Below the pieces are notes generated by a model that was given only the letters and a program-made list of their open reading frames with translations, was not told the DNA's origin and did not search any database. A DNA stretch of 64,000 nt from a phage, in the NCBI GenBank assembly GCA_004257845.1, contig GCA_004257845.1_4800.1. One strand, written 5' to 3'. Made by a program: the position numbers and the translations under genes. Positions 38,805 through 48,243 of the stretch are shown here, one piece after another. Within the stretch, counting starts at the first letter, position 1. Every line of letters begins with the position of its first letter.

Positions 38805-38888
38805 TTGTCCTTTGTGGGTGATATGATAAGTATAATAGCTAAATTATCTTACAGCAACAAGTCATTTTATTTAGTACAGACGAAAAAA

Positions 38889-38909
38889 GACCCACAACTG
38901 GTGTGGGTC
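38889..38909 (-). terminator. intrinsic terminator downstream of Lys/Ala/Glu-rich protein gene
   Basis: Stem GACCCACA / TGTGGGTC followed on the minus strand by TCTTTTTTC. Confidence 0.65.
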
Positions 38910-38937
38910 AATTACCGCTACATAACCGTCCTAGAGG

Positions 38938-39786
38938 TTATTCTGCTTGATCGTCGTGCTCTTCGGCATCTGCTTCGGATTCAACATCGATGAACTCGAT
39001 GTGGCCCATCTCTTCCAGTTTGCTCAGGTAAGAGCGAACTGAAGCGCCAAACAGCTGATCTTTAACTTTTTCACCCAGCTCGTCGATAGACTGCGGCTGA
39101 CCGATTTCACCTTCTTTGATCGCAGCCAGTACGCGACCACGGGTGGAATGTTCTTGCGGCTGGCTCAGGCCGTTTCCGGTGTAAACAAAGTGAGTTGCTT
39201 TAGCGCGACGCTGACCATTAGCTTTCTTGGCGGCTTTACGCTCTGCAATCGCTTTGCGACGCTCTTCAGCTTCTTTCTTACGCTGTTCTTTCTGTTGTTC
39301 TGCAGCTTCTTTCGCCGCAATCTTAGCAGCTTCACGCTCTGCCTTGCGTTTCGCTTTCGCTTCTTCTTTAGCCTTTTCTTTTTCGGCTTTCGCTTCTGCA
39401 CGGGCCTGATCACGTTCAGCCTTTTTCGCCGCAGCTTGTTCAGCTTTCAGGCGCTTGGCTTCTTCTTTCGCCTTTGCCTTTTCAATTTCTTTAGCGGCTT
39501 TAGCGGCTTCACGCTCTGCCTTCTTAGCAGCAGCCTTTTCAGCACGCTCTGCAGCCTTCTTAGCGGCTTCTTCAGCACGCTTCTGAGCCTTCTCGTCAGC
39601 AGCCTGCTTGCGTTTCAGCGCAGCTTCTTCACGCTTGGCTTGTTTTTCCTGCTCACGCTTCTGGCGTTTTTCTTCGGCTTCTTTCTTTTTAGCCAGGCGT
39701 TTTTCTTCAGCCACGCGACGACGTTCTGCTGCAGCTGCTTGTTTTTCTTCTTTAGATAATACTTTGATTGCTTCGGCCATATTCAC
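38938..39786 (-). CDS. Lys/Ala/Glu-rich low-complexity protein with C-terminal globular domain (histone H1-like composition)
   Basis: About 190 aa of KAE-rich repeats (KKAAERAEKAAAKKAEREAAKAAKE...) then non-repetitive C-terminus; strong terminator downstream. Confidence 0.5.
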   Translation of the reverse strand: MNMAEAIKVLSKEEKQAAAAERRRVAEEKRLAKKKEAEEKRQKREQEKQAKREEAALKRKQAADEKAQKRAEEAAKKAAERAEKAAAKKAEREAAKAAKEIEKAKAKEEAKRLKAEQAAAKKAERDQARAEAKAEKEKAKEEAKAKRKAEREAAKIAAKEAAEQQKEQRKKEAEERRKAIAERKAAKKANGQRRAKATHFVYTGNGLSQPQEHSTRGRVLAAIKEGEIGQPQSIDELGEKVKDQLFGASVRSYLSKLEEMGHIEFIDVESEADAEEHDDQAE

Positions 39787-39939
39787 AGTCCTTAAATAAA
39801 TTAGTTTATTTTATATTCCCCGTTTGGGATAACTTAATTGTGCCTTAAGTCGCCGCCAGTAGCAACTAAAAACTATGGCGGAAATGCCACTTTAATTAAA
39901 CTGATTTTCAGTTTTATTTTTCGTAAATTTACGTCAACA

Positions 39940-41124
39940 TTAACGCGCTTTCAAATCACGGTACACGGTCAGATTCTTCTTAGCACGGGTGATAGCTGTG
40001 TACATCATCTTGGAGTACGGAACGCCGCGCAAGATTTCTTCCAGCACGCACACATTGTCCCACTCGCTGCCTTGCGATTTGTGCACCGTGATGACATAGC
40101 CATAATCCATCCCGCCAACAGCGCGTTGGGCCTCTTTGCGCACTTCCTGATCAGTAGAGAAGGAAAGAGGATTAATCTTAACCTTTATATCTTTGCCATC
40201 GGTAAGCGAGCGCAAATTGACATACATGATTTCATTGGACTCGTCTTCGTCCCTTTCAAAGTCCGGCACTGGTTCATAGCTAATAACAATCCCTTGCTCG
40301 CCATTACAGAATCCTGGCCCGTGCTGGTTGAAGGTGCAAATAACTTTCTCGCCGATTCCTGGCATTGGCGTTATACGTCCGCTCACTTGCCGTAATAATG
40401 AATTCCATTTATCTTTGGTGCTATTATAGGAGCAAATAATTTGATCATCTTCGCCCATGAATTTCTTCAATGCAGTAACGCGCGGCGATTCTGCCAGAAC
40501 TTTTACATCGTCGTATTCACGCGGAGGAAGGCGGTTGCCTTGGCGCACGAAGAAGGAGGCGCGGATGATGTTGGACTCTTTCCCTTGGCGCATGATTTCT
40601 GTTAACAGTACGTCAACGGCTTCTTCGGTAAAGTAGGCGGCGGCTTTTACCGGAGGGACTTGTCCAATGTCGCCTAATGCCAGGACAGGGATGCGGTGAT
40701 CAAGAAGGCGCTCTGTGTCCCACTCGCCAACCATTGACGCTTCATCAAGAACAACAAGGAGCGGCTTTTCGTCCAGCTTTGACTTTCTCGAGAATATTGG
40801 CTCATTGTCGTCATTTACGCCGCGCACGTTATAGATGAACTGGTGAAGGGTCTTAGCTCCACGACAGCCTTTTTGCTTTAATCGGCTTGCAGCCTTTCCG
40901 GTAGGCGCAATATAGATAGCGCCGTACTCACCGACACAGCGGCGCACAATCTCGCGAGCAATAGAGGTTTTACCAGTCCCTGCATAGCCAGCGATGAAAA
41001 ACACGCGCTTCGTCGTTTTACCGTCCTGCAATCGCTTGTACCATGCAACGGCCTTCTCGATGGCATCGATTTGTTGCGCGTTAAACTGAATCACTGGCTC
41101 ATCATTAAATTCTGGAATGTTCAT
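39940..41124 (-). CDS. SF1 DNA helicase, RecD/Dda-like
   Basis: Walker A GYAGTGKTS, VVLDEASMV, C-terminal TVHKSQGSEWD. Confidence 0.75.
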   Translation of the reverse strand: MNIPEFNDEPVIQFNAQQIDAIEKAVAWYKRLQDGKTTKRVFFIAGYAGTGKTSIAREIVRRCVGEYGAIYIAPTGKAASRLKQKGCRGAKTLHQFIYNVRGVNDDNEPIFSRKSKLDEKPLLVVLDEASMVGEWDTERLLDHRIPVLALGDIGQVPPVKAAAYFTEEAVDVLLTEIMRQGKESNIIRASFFVRQGNRLPPREYDDVKVLAESPRVTALKKFMGEDDQIICSYNSTKDKWNSLLRQVSGRITPMPGIGEKVICTFNQHGPGFCNGEQGIVISYEPVPDFERDEDESNEIMYVNLRSLTDGKDIKVKINPLSFSTDQEVRKEAQRAVGGMDYGYVITVHKSQGSEWDNVCVLEEILRGVPYSKMMYTAITRAKKNLTVYRDLKAR

Positions 41125-41450
41125 TATAACTCCACTACGCTTTCAAGGTCCAGATATACTGGAATAAAATGGCAATCTTCTTTTCGTTCAAACATCTCAC
41201 CATCAACATGGCTGAAGAAAACAGTCGTGTTTGGTATCTTCCATCCTTTCTCGTCGCGCACTAAGTACGCCATGGATTCAACAGGGATGTACAGAGATAC
41301 CGGATTTGCGGCAAAAATAAATTTGATTCTGTCTGGTTGACCCAGGAATCGCATGATTGTTAGGCTTGAATTCAATCTTGTATTAAGGAAGGACTCAACG
41401 ATTCCGACGTGTGTTGCACGTTCGCGTTGCTTCGTCTCTTTTTCGTTCAT
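41124..41450 (-). CDS. hypothetical protein
   Basis: ORF; start overlaps helicase; minus-strand promoter upstream. Confidence 0.4.
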   Translation of the reverse strand: MNEKETKQRERATHVGIVESFLNTRLNSSLTIMRFLGQPDRIKFIFAANPVSLYIPVESMAYLVRDEKGWKIPNTTVFFSHVDGEMFERKEDCHFIPVYLDLESVVEL

Positions 41451-41488
41451 TTCAGGCGACCTTTGTTAGTGCGGAAATATTTTCTGAT

Positions 41489-41517
41489 AGTATAATTGCA
41501 GATATAGTATAAAGCAA
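41489..41517 (-). promoter_or_regulatory. sigma70-like promoter on minus strand (TTGCTT-17 nt-TATACT)
   Basis: Minus-strand -35 TTGCTT (plus 41512-41517), -10 TATACT (plus 41489-41494); divergent from + strand promoter. Confidence 0.4.
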
Positions 41518-41553
41518 AGTAAATCGAAATTGTGAACTAAATGGTAAATATTG

Positions 41554-41581
41554 TTGACTTTGTATCACTCAATATTATACT
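41554..41581 (+). promoter_or_regulatory. sigma70-like early promoter (TTGACT-16 nt-TATACT)
   Basis: -35 TTGACT 41554-41559, -10 TATACT 41576-41581, upstream of RBS GAAGGAAAG and ATG at 41611. Confidence 0.5.
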
Positions 41582-41610
41582 GCAGGTATTGATCACCGAA
41601 GGAAAGAAAG

Positions 41611-42693
41611 ATGGCTAGTTTAAGAGAAGAAGCAAAAATAATTGAAGAGTTTTTAACAGAACTCCAAAGAGGCATCCCAGAAGATGAGCGCGTCATGACG
41701 GTGTTTGCTCCTGAAGCAACGGTGCAGACCGACGAGCGCGGCAAGAAGATCAACAGCAGCTTCTGGCCTAAGCCTTGGAAGTTGGGCAAGCCGCTCATGC
41801 AGCACCAAAACGGCTATGCATGCATCAGTTCAATGCGTAAGTCTCCCAACCCAAAGACGGGTGAGATGCGATACTGGCGTACAGAGTCGGCCTTTGGTCA
41901 CGGCATGGCGATGATGGTCGACGACATCGGTCACGGTAAAGGTTCCAAAGGCGATTTAGATTTGGAATTCTTTTTTGAGCGACTGAAGCCGACTGTCATC
42001 GTCGAGACTTCACCGAACAACCACCAGCTTTGGTACTTCTTTAAAGAACCGATTGACCATCTTATTCAGTTCAAAGCGTTCCTTGGGTCTTTCGTTAACA
42101 TGGTACTCAAGAAGGGCGGCGACAACACGATTAAAGACGTAACGCGCGTGGGTCGTGTTCCTGGGTGCATCAACAACAAGCGTGTGACTCACGACGGCCC
42201 CTATAAATATGTCGATGAGAACGGCGACCCGTTCCGCTGCCGACTTGTCCATGCAGACTACTCATTGCGCTACACCATCGAAGACATTTGTCAGGCATTT
42301 GGCTTTCACGTCGTCATGCCACAAAATCGTGAGATTCAAATTGACGTCGATGAATACAAGTATGATGCTGTTTGGTATAAAATAGCCCAGCAGATTCTAT
42401 CGCGCAACAAGATGGGTGAAGGGTCTGATGGCGACGTCATCGAGAATATGTCAGGCAAGTGCCGCATAATCTGTCCTTGGGGTGAAGAACACACCAACGG
42501 CGACCCGTATGGCGCTTACTTTCGCGGCCCTATCCCTGGTGCAGAACATGAGTTTGTGTTCGGTTGCGCCCACGACTGTCACCGGAAAGGGGAAGGCAAG
42601 AAAGGTTGGACTGCTTTTGTTGAAGCAATCGTCATGCCTTATATTGAGAATCAACTTGACATGATAAATCGTCGTGCAGGTGGCATAAAATAG
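41611..42693 (+). CDS. AEP-type primase-polymerase-like protein with C-terminal zinc-binding motif
   Basis: MMVDDIGHG (acidic motif), ETSPNNHQLWYFF (SxH-like), C-terminal Cys/His cluster CPWGEEH...GCAHDCH. Confidence 0.45.
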   Translation: MASLREEAKIIEEFLTELQRGIPEDERVMTVFAPEATVQTDERGKKINSSFWPKPWKLGKPLMQHQNGYACISSMRKSPNPKTGEMRYWRTESAFGHGMAMMVDDIGHGKGSKGDLDLEFFFERLKPTVIVETSPNNHQLWYFFKEPIDHLIQFKAFLGSFVNMVLKKGGDNTIKDVTRVGRVPGCINNKRVTHDGPYKYVDENGDPFRCRLVHADYSLRYTIEDICQAFGFHVVMPQNREIQIDVDEYKYDAVWYKIAQQILSRNKMGEGSDGDVIENMSGKCRIICPWGEEHTNGDPYGAYFRGPIPGAEHEFVFGCAHDCHRKGEGKKGWTAFVEAIVMPYIENQLDMINRRAGGIK

Positions 42694-42751
42694 TTTGCTT
42701 TTATTTTCATAGCAACTATAATCATTTTATGAACTGAAGCAGAGGTGATTT

Positions 42752-42898
42752 ATGCAAAGCGAAGAATTGAAAATCGAGGTTGAATGTCTGTTAAAGTCGT
42801 TAGAACCTAAACCAGCAGAGCTTCCGACCCTTCAAGGAGTCATGGCTCACCATCAAGCGGCTGCGGCCAAACACTACTCTGAATTTGTTAAGGAATAA
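42752..42898 (+). CDS. small protein (48 aa), hypothetical
   Basis: Not in ORF track; ATG 42752 preceded by AGAGGTGA; stop at 42896-42898 adjacent to next gene start. Confidence 0.35.
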   Translation: MQSEELKIEVECLLKSLEPKPAELPTLQGVMAHHQAAAAKHYSEFVKE

Positions 42899-42900
42899 AG

Positions 42901-43191
42901 ATGAACGAACCAAAAATGATGACCGTTGAAGAAGCGCAAAAGCTTCGTGTTGAAAACGAGCTTAAGCTTGTCAACCAGATTCTTCCTTTGTTTGCAGGCT
43001 ACGCAGTGGAGGAAGTTGTTGGGGCAATCCTTAACGTATCCACGCATGTCGCTATGAATCTTCAGGCCGAGCGATTCAACACACTGCTGACTATTAAAGA
43101 CCTTACCGTCAGCGCAACGTTCACTGTTGAGCCAGTCAATTTTGACGAAGCTTCAGCCGCGATTCAACAGCAAAGAGATCAAGAGGTGTAG
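42901..43191 (+). CDS. hypothetical protein
   Basis: ORF in early array. Confidence 0.4.
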   Translation: MNEPKMMTVEEAQKLRVENELKLVNQILPLFAGYAVEEVVGAILNVSTHVAMNLQAERFNTLLTIKDLTVSATFTVEPVNFDEASAAIQQQRDQEV

Positions 43192-43192
43192 C

Positions 43193-43456
43193 ATGGGTGC
43201 TTTCCGTAACGAGTTCATCTGGAACGTTACCAGCAATCTCTCGACTTGTCCTAACTGTGCGAGCGATGTTATCAAGGTGCGGCAGCATCGCAACGCGGAG
43301 AAGGGTGCATGGGAAGATGGCGACCTTGTAGAGTGCCAGTGCTGCTCTCATGAAGGTGTTGTTGAGCTTCAAGCTGGTGAAGGTTGCCCACCAGCAGAGC
43401 GCACAGCACGCGTTGAATGGGATGCAACAGACTCCATTGGTGATCCTCAACAGTAA
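43193..43456 (+). CDS. four-cysteine zinc-ribbon protein, hypothetical
   Basis: ATG 43193 after AGAGGTG; CPNC...CQCC. Confidence 0.4.
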   Translation: MGAFRNEFIWNVTSNLSTCPNCASDVIKVRQHRNAEKGAWEDGDLVECQCCSHEGVVELQAGEGCPPAERTARVEWDATDSIGDPQQ

Positions 43457-43474
43457 ATTTAGGTATAGATACTT

Positions 43475-43579
43475 ATGAAAGCCGTAAAGAAATACACATT
43501 AATCATTTCCCTTGTCATCATCCTGGGGCTATTATATGTATTGGATATGGCATATTATTTGGCAGGGGTGAGTGGATGA
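43475..43579 (+). CDS. small hydrophobic peptide (34 aa), hypothetical
   Basis: Not in ORF track; MKAVKKYTLIISLVIILGLLYVLDMAYYLAGVSG; stop overlaps next ATG (ATGA). Confidence 0.3.
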   Translation: MKAVKKYTLIISLVIILGLLYVLDMAYYLAGVSG

Positions 43580-43866
43580 ATATTGTAATTCTTTATGGTG
43601 AAAATATCAGCGATGACGACATCGAAGTTGCCGTTGATGTTTACGGTATCGATGAGGTGAAACGTGTTGAAGAAATTAGTGGCGCAAATCTCAATGAGAT
43701 TGTCAAAGAGGCTGGCTGTCCTTCGGAAGAGATTCTGGTGGTTACTAACGATGACCTGTCTTCTATGGATCATTTGCGCCGCATCTTCACCGATTGCCAA
43801 TACCTTCATGCTGTTCAATCAGTAAACAAATTGAGAAAGGCATACGCCAACCAATTTCCTTGCTGA
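43576..43866 (+). CDS. hypothetical protein
   Basis: ORF in early array. Confidence 0.4.
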   Translation: MNIVILYGENISDDDIEVAVDVYGIDEVKRVEEISGANLNEIVKEAGCPSEEILVVTNDDLSSMDHLRRIFTDCQYLHAVQSVNKLRKAYANQFPC

Positions 43867-44002
43867 TAGTTCACCAGTTATATTGCTTTAAATTGAGTTT
43901 TACTATATTAATATACAACGCCAGATTTCTGGCGTTTATTTACCGCACCCTGAAAGGATATATCCATGCAACAATATAACAAAGCCGTATCAGGAGGATT
44001 AA

Positions 44003-45673
44003 ATGTCAATTAATAATGACAATCTTCCAGAGGATACAGGTGATGAATTTGGTGCAATCTTTGACGAAATTCAAGATGCAGGTGTTTCGGAAGAAATGCA
44101 GGCAGCAGAGCAGCAAGGCACCAGAGCTAAAATCAGCCTTCAACACAAAGCTGTTGAAAAAGATTCAGAGCGCATGGAATGCTACGGTGAAGAAGACTTG
44201 GTTGAAAGAGCACGCTTGCTCGCCTCACTTCAGGTAATCAAGTTCCCTCACTACAAGCCTACCAAAGATGACTTCGTTCTACAGGCAGACCGGACGAGTG
44301 ACATGAACCGTTATGCGGTTTTCGACGCGTTGTTTGATAAGGGAAGTGGCATTGTTCCATTCCCTCACAAAGATACTTTTCGTGGGCGCTTAGTCGACCA
44401 TCGCGGCGAAACATTCACTGACCGTACCTTGGAAGTCACAGAGATAGTCGCTGCTGTCGACGCAGCAGGGTTGTCCAACCCAAACTCACGTCAGGTCGCT
44501 CAATCCTATAAGGAATGGGCCATGCGTTATCAGCGTGACGACCTGATGGACTTCTTCTACAAGAAGCTGCCTGAATGGGACGGTACTGCGCGCATCGAGA
44601 AATACCTTATCGAGCTATTCCGACCGTTCGATACAGAGTTAAACCGACAAATCGGTGTGTATTTTTGGCTATCGCTCTACAACCGCCTGACCAACCCTGG
44701 CTGTCAAGCGCCAATCTCCATCGCGCTAATCGGCGGCCAGAACGCAGGGAAGAGTTATTTTAGCAAGCTGCTTTGCGAAGCTATTATGAACGACCGCCAC
44801 GCAACACCGATTCCGTTGAACTTAGCCGCGCAAAACTTCAACCCGTTCTTGCGAGCTATTACGGGTCGCTCAATTATCGCGAACGTTGGCGAGATGACAG
44901 GCTTTAAAAAGGCCGACATCGAAAACATGAAAGCATTCCTGACTAAGACGGAAGATGACCTGGACTTCAAATTTGAAGATACGCAGGTTAAACCACGCCA
45001 GTGGATTGCCATCATGGACGGCAACGAATACGCAGGCATGCAGCGTGACGATACGGGCAACCGTCGTGTTTACCCTATCTTTGTTGGCCAACTTGCTGAC
45101 AAGGACGGGCAACCGAACTGGTCTAAAGACTTCCAAGCTGACCTTTCCACTTTGAAAGAAGATGTTTGGCAGCTTATGGCTGAGTGCGCTGCGTGGATGG
45201 AGAAGCACGGCGAAGCAGGCTATAACGCGTTTGTTGGTGAAACATCTCGCATGCTTACTGAGTTCAGTAAAAACGAAATGGAACGTGCACGCGGCGTTAT
45301 CCGTGATGAGATGGTCGACAACGACCTTGTTGAAGTCGTCATCACCGCGCCTTATGACCGACATCACAGCGGACGCTGGCACATCACAAGTGGTGCTATT
45401 GCTATGGGATTCAGAGCGAAGTGCGGCAAGTCGCCTTTCTCTCGTACCCTTGCGCCGCACATGTCGAAGCTTGGCTTTGAGCCTGCGACCTATCGCAACC
45501 AGCGCGGCTACTTTACGCCGCTGATTAAGAATGAAGCAGGGGAATACATTTCTGATCTGATGACCATCTTAGCGTATCTTATCCGCGATGAGTCTGACCC
45601 TGAAGATATTGAATTCTTGAAGAAGGTTATTGAGCGTAAACGTTCTTTGGGAAGAGATAAGGATGAATTCTGA
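44003..45673 (+). CDS. P-loop NTPase, primase-associated/D5-like helicase family (putative)
   Basis: Walker A LIGGQNAGKSYFSKLL; Walker B-like IAIMDGNE; RBS AGGAGG. Confidence 0.5.
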   Translation: MSINNDNLPEDTGDEFGAIFDEIQDAGVSEEMQAAEQQGTRAKISLQHKAVEKDSERMECYGEEDLVERARLLASLQVIKFPHYKPTKDDFVLQADRTSDMNRYAVFDALFDKGSGIVPFPHKDTFRGRLVDHRGETFTDRTLEVTEIVAAVDAAGLSNPNSRQVAQSYKEWAMRYQRDDLMDFFYKKLPEWDGTARIEKYLIELFRPFDTELNRQIGVYFWLSLYNRLTNPGCQAPISIALIGGQNAGKSYFSKLLCEAIMNDRHATPIPLNLAAQNFNPFLRAITGRSIIANVGEMTGFKKADIENMKAFLTKTEDDLDFKFEDTQVKPRQWIAIMDGNEYAGMQRDDTGNRRVYPIFVGQLADKDGQPNWSKDFQADLSTLKEDVWQLMAECAAWMEKHGEAGYNAFVGETSRMLTEFSKNEMERARGVIRDEMVDNDLVEVVITAPYDRHHSGRWHITSGAIAMGFRAKCGKSPFSRTLAPHMSKLGFEPATYRNQRGYFTPLIKNEAGEYISDLMTILAYLIRDESDPEDIEFLKKVIERKRSLGRDKDEF

Positions 45674-46320
45674 TGAATAAAGCAATCAACATCGCTAAAT
45701 TCTTTCAACATCTTGGTGAACTGAACAAAGAGAGTGATGTTCACGGCGAAGAAATGAACCGGATGATTTCAACAGTGTTGCGCGGCTTTGGTTATGATAA
45801 GGACTCAATCACTTGCAAGCGCACAAAGCTTGTCGATGAGTCTTATCTTTACTACGTAGAGCTGCGCATTGGTAAAGATGTAATGATCATTGACCCTAAA
45901 CTGGAAGGGGCACACTGTTTTGGCGCTCATCCTCGTGCGAGTGAATTCAAGGGTCGCGGTCGCAACCGAATCCAGAAGCTTGATGACGCAGGCGACTTGA
46001 ACATCGCAATGTTCCTTAAAGAGTTCCTTGCGCTACCGAAGGTTGCATCATCCACGGGCCGTGATGACCCTTGCAAGATTGGATTCCGAACTAAAGATTT
46101 GCGCAATGCGCTACGCAAGAAGGGATTTGTGCCTTCTTATGACAATGTCGCCGCGCTGATGGCTTCAATGGAGGAAGCTGAAGCGATGGACAAGGTACGC
46201 GGCTATTTCCTGAATACAGGCTTCACCATGTATGAATGGCACACGAAGGGATTGACTGTCGCCGACTTCATCTATTCATTAGAGCAGAAGTATGTACGCA
46301 ATATGCAGGCCACAGGATAA
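45673..46320 (+). CDS. hypothetical protein
   Basis: ORF; ATGA overlap with previous gene. Confidence 0.4.
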   Translation: MNKAINIAKFFQHLGELNKESDVHGEEMNRMISTVLRGFGYDKDSITCKRTKLVDESYLYYVELRIGKDVMIIDPKLEGAHCFGAHPRASEFKGRGRNRIQKLDDAGDLNIAMFLKEFLALPKVASSTGRDDPCKIGFRTKDLRNALRKKGFVPSYDNVAALMASMEEAEAMDKVRGYFLNTGFTMYEWHTKGLTVADFIYSLEQKYVRNMQATG

Positions 46321-46359
46321 TCATCATCAAAATATTTGCTTTTCTGACGAGGTGATATT

Positions 46360-46584
46360 ATGATTAATTTAGACAGGATTGAGTTAGCACTTAGTACCTT
46401 AATCAAATATTACCAGTTTGCTTTTAAGGCTAGTTTGTTTGGCTTGTTCAATCCTCATCAAGCAGCAAAGGCGCGAAGCAATGCCAACCGCCTGCGCTGC
46501 ACTGGTATAGTCATCCATGACCGGATATTGACAGAGGGTAGATTCAGCCATGAATACACAGTGGAGAATAACAAATCAACGTAG
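46360..46584 (+). CDS. hypothetical protein
   Basis: ORF preceded by GAGGTGA. Confidence 0.35.
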   Translation: MINLDRIELALSTLIKYYQFAFKASLFGLFNPHQAAKARSNANRLRCTGIVIHDRILTEGRFSHEYTVENNKST

Positions 46585-46759
46585 GGCTTTACAAGTCCTC
46601 ATCCACTACCTGTCACGCCTTTATCCAACGGCGCACGAGCAGAATCCAGCAACTGGTCATCTGTTTAAGCGCCGTAACCTTTCGCTAAAAACATTCGCTT
46701 TAATCCAATATGACCGCTACCTGGACGGGCGCTACTGCGGCCCGAAGGATTCTCTATGA
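46550..46759 (+). CDS. hypothetical protein
   Basis: ORF preceded by GAGGGTAG; overlaps previous ORF by 35 nt. Confidence 0.3.
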   Translation: MNTQWRITNQRRALQVLIHYLSRLYPTAHEQNPATGHLFKRRNLSLKTFALIQYDRYLDGRYCGPKDSL

Positions 46760-47034
46760 TTACTACATACAAAGTATTCTTTGTCAAATGCACATCATCT
46801 ATTGATGACCAATTTACTGCTGGCAAGAATTATCCCGTGATTTCTGAGTCAAAGCTAGATATAATCTTGAACGATCATGAAATCTATGAGCCGATGCCAG
46901 CGACTGCGTTTGATGTTATCGGTCACGTTCGGATTAAGACGAATGTTGAGACGATGCACGATCCGTTGTTCAAGAAGCAAATCAAGAATGCCATGCAAGA
47001 CTTTTGCGCGGCTATGTTTAAATATTATAAGTGA
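46756..47034 (+). CDS. hypothetical protein
   Basis: ORF with 4-nt overlap. Confidence 0.4.
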   Translation: MITTYKVFFVKCTSSIDDQFTAGKNYPVISESKLDIILNDHEIYEPMPATAFDVIGHVRIKTNVETMHDPLFKKQIKNAMQDFCAAMFKYYK

Positions 47035-47041
47035 GTTGAAG

Positions 47042-47263
47042 ATGAGCAAGAAAACCCTTAAGGCTGGCGACCGTATCCGTTGGATGTCAGGACAGAATAT
47101 GCGCGCAGGCACCATCCTTGAGCTGGACCAATACCTTACTGATTCACGCGGTCGCAATCATTACCGTGTAAGAATCGATACGGTAAAAGAAGATGACAAG
47201 TCACTGGTTGGTGAAGTCGTCATCGTAACTCCACGTCAAATCAAGGCGGCTTGTGAAGCATGA
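47042..47263 (+). CDS. hypothetical protein
   Basis: ATG 47042 (internal Met of track ORF 46877-47263) preceded by GAAGATGAG. Confidence 0.35.
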   Translation: MSKKTLKAGDRIRWMSGQNMRAGTILELDQYLTDSRGRNHYRVRIDTVKEDDKSLVGEVVIVTPRQIKAACEA

Positions 47264-47415
47264 ATAAATATCAATTTAGCGATAATAAAATCAGTAAGGC
47301 AGACGCAATCAAGCAGCTTCGCCGCGTACTTGAAGCCAGCGGCCATACGAAAGAGCGCGCACGCGTCCTGGCCAAAGAGCATTATAAACGTTTCGTGTCA
47401 CAAATCAGAGGTTAA
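47260..47415 (+). CDS. small protein (51 aa), hypothetical
   Basis: Not in ORF track; ATGA overlap with previous stop; stop at 47413-47415 just before next ATG. Confidence 0.3.
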   Translation: MNKYQFSDNKISKADAIKQLRRVLEASGHTKERARVLAKEHYKRFVSQIRG

Positions 47416-47417
47416 TT

Positions 47418-47909
47418 ATGATCATCCATCGCCCTTTAATGTTAAACAAAGAAGAAGCTAAAGAAATTTTACACGCATTGAGACGTGCAGAAGCAGATGT
47501 TAACCTTCGCGTAAAGGTAAGAGACTTCATTATGAAGCAGTTCGAAAGTTATGATGTTGACTATGCCATCGATGAATTACTGAAGCGAAACGTCAAGGGT
47601 GCAACAAGACCTATTCACCATCAATCACGTTGCGTAAGAGTTCCTATTAAAACTTATGTTGATAAAAAGCCGCGCCTTAAGCCAATTGACATATTTGACA
47701 TAAAGAACGGCGACTCAATCATAAGCAAGGACGCGGAAGAGGGTGCAATTCCTGTCAATGGCCGAGTGATTTACGTGTCGCATGACGCTGATCAGACTTT
47801 AATTCAATGGGTAAGGTTTGATAACACCGGCGGCGGCAAATATCGCTACTATGGCGACGAGCGATTCACCACTAAATTCTATAAGGTACTCGACCATGGC
47901 TCATGTTAA
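47418..47909 (+). CDS. hypothetical protein
   Basis: ORF in early array. Confidence 0.4.
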   Translation: MIIHRPLMLNKEEAKEILHALRRAEADVNLRVKVRDFIMKQFESYDVDYAIDELLKRNVKGATRPIHHQSRCVRVPIKTYVDKKPRLKPIDIFDIKNGDSIISKDAEEGAIPVNGRVIYVSHDADQTLIQWVRFDNTGGGKYRYYGDERFTTKFYKVLDHGSC

Positions 47910-48243
47910 AGACGAAGTGTTGTTTGGCGCAGAGATTAAGAAACGTGTCAGAGAAATGGCAGGAGAAGAAAGAATGAAGTCGCTGCGAAAAGGTTTTGAT
48001 CACATCAATGGCGTATCCGGCACGAAGGAGATGGGCGTGTTGGTAAAAGACATTCGCATTGGCGATGTCATGGTCATCGACCGACAAGCGCGCGTCGTTA
48101 TCCAGGTACAGCCGAACGATGATGAAGGTTGTGTCCTATTGAAGTTGAAGAAGCTTTCATCAAGCCCAGCGAAGGCCGTCATCAAGAAGGTATGGCCCGA
48201 AGGATTACGCAAACTCATTCGTCGACCAGTGGAGAATGTATAA
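47896..48243 (+). CDS. hypothetical protein
   Basis: ATG 47896 (internal Met of track ORF) overlapping previous stop. Confidence 0.35.
   Translation: MAHVKDEVLFGAEIKKRVREMAGEERMKSLRKGFDHINGVSGTKEMGVLVKDIRIGDVMVIDRQARVVIQVQPNDDEGCVLLKLKKLSSSPAKAVIKKVWPEGLRKLIRRPVENV

Noticed and set aside
39148-39759. Plus-strand ORFs (39148-39759, 39227-39409, 39608-39799) opposite the Lys/Ala/Glu-rich gene
   Set aside because: Low-complexity Phe/Leu/Ser-rich translations produced by the antisense of a repetitive GC-skewed coding sequence; frame artefacts.
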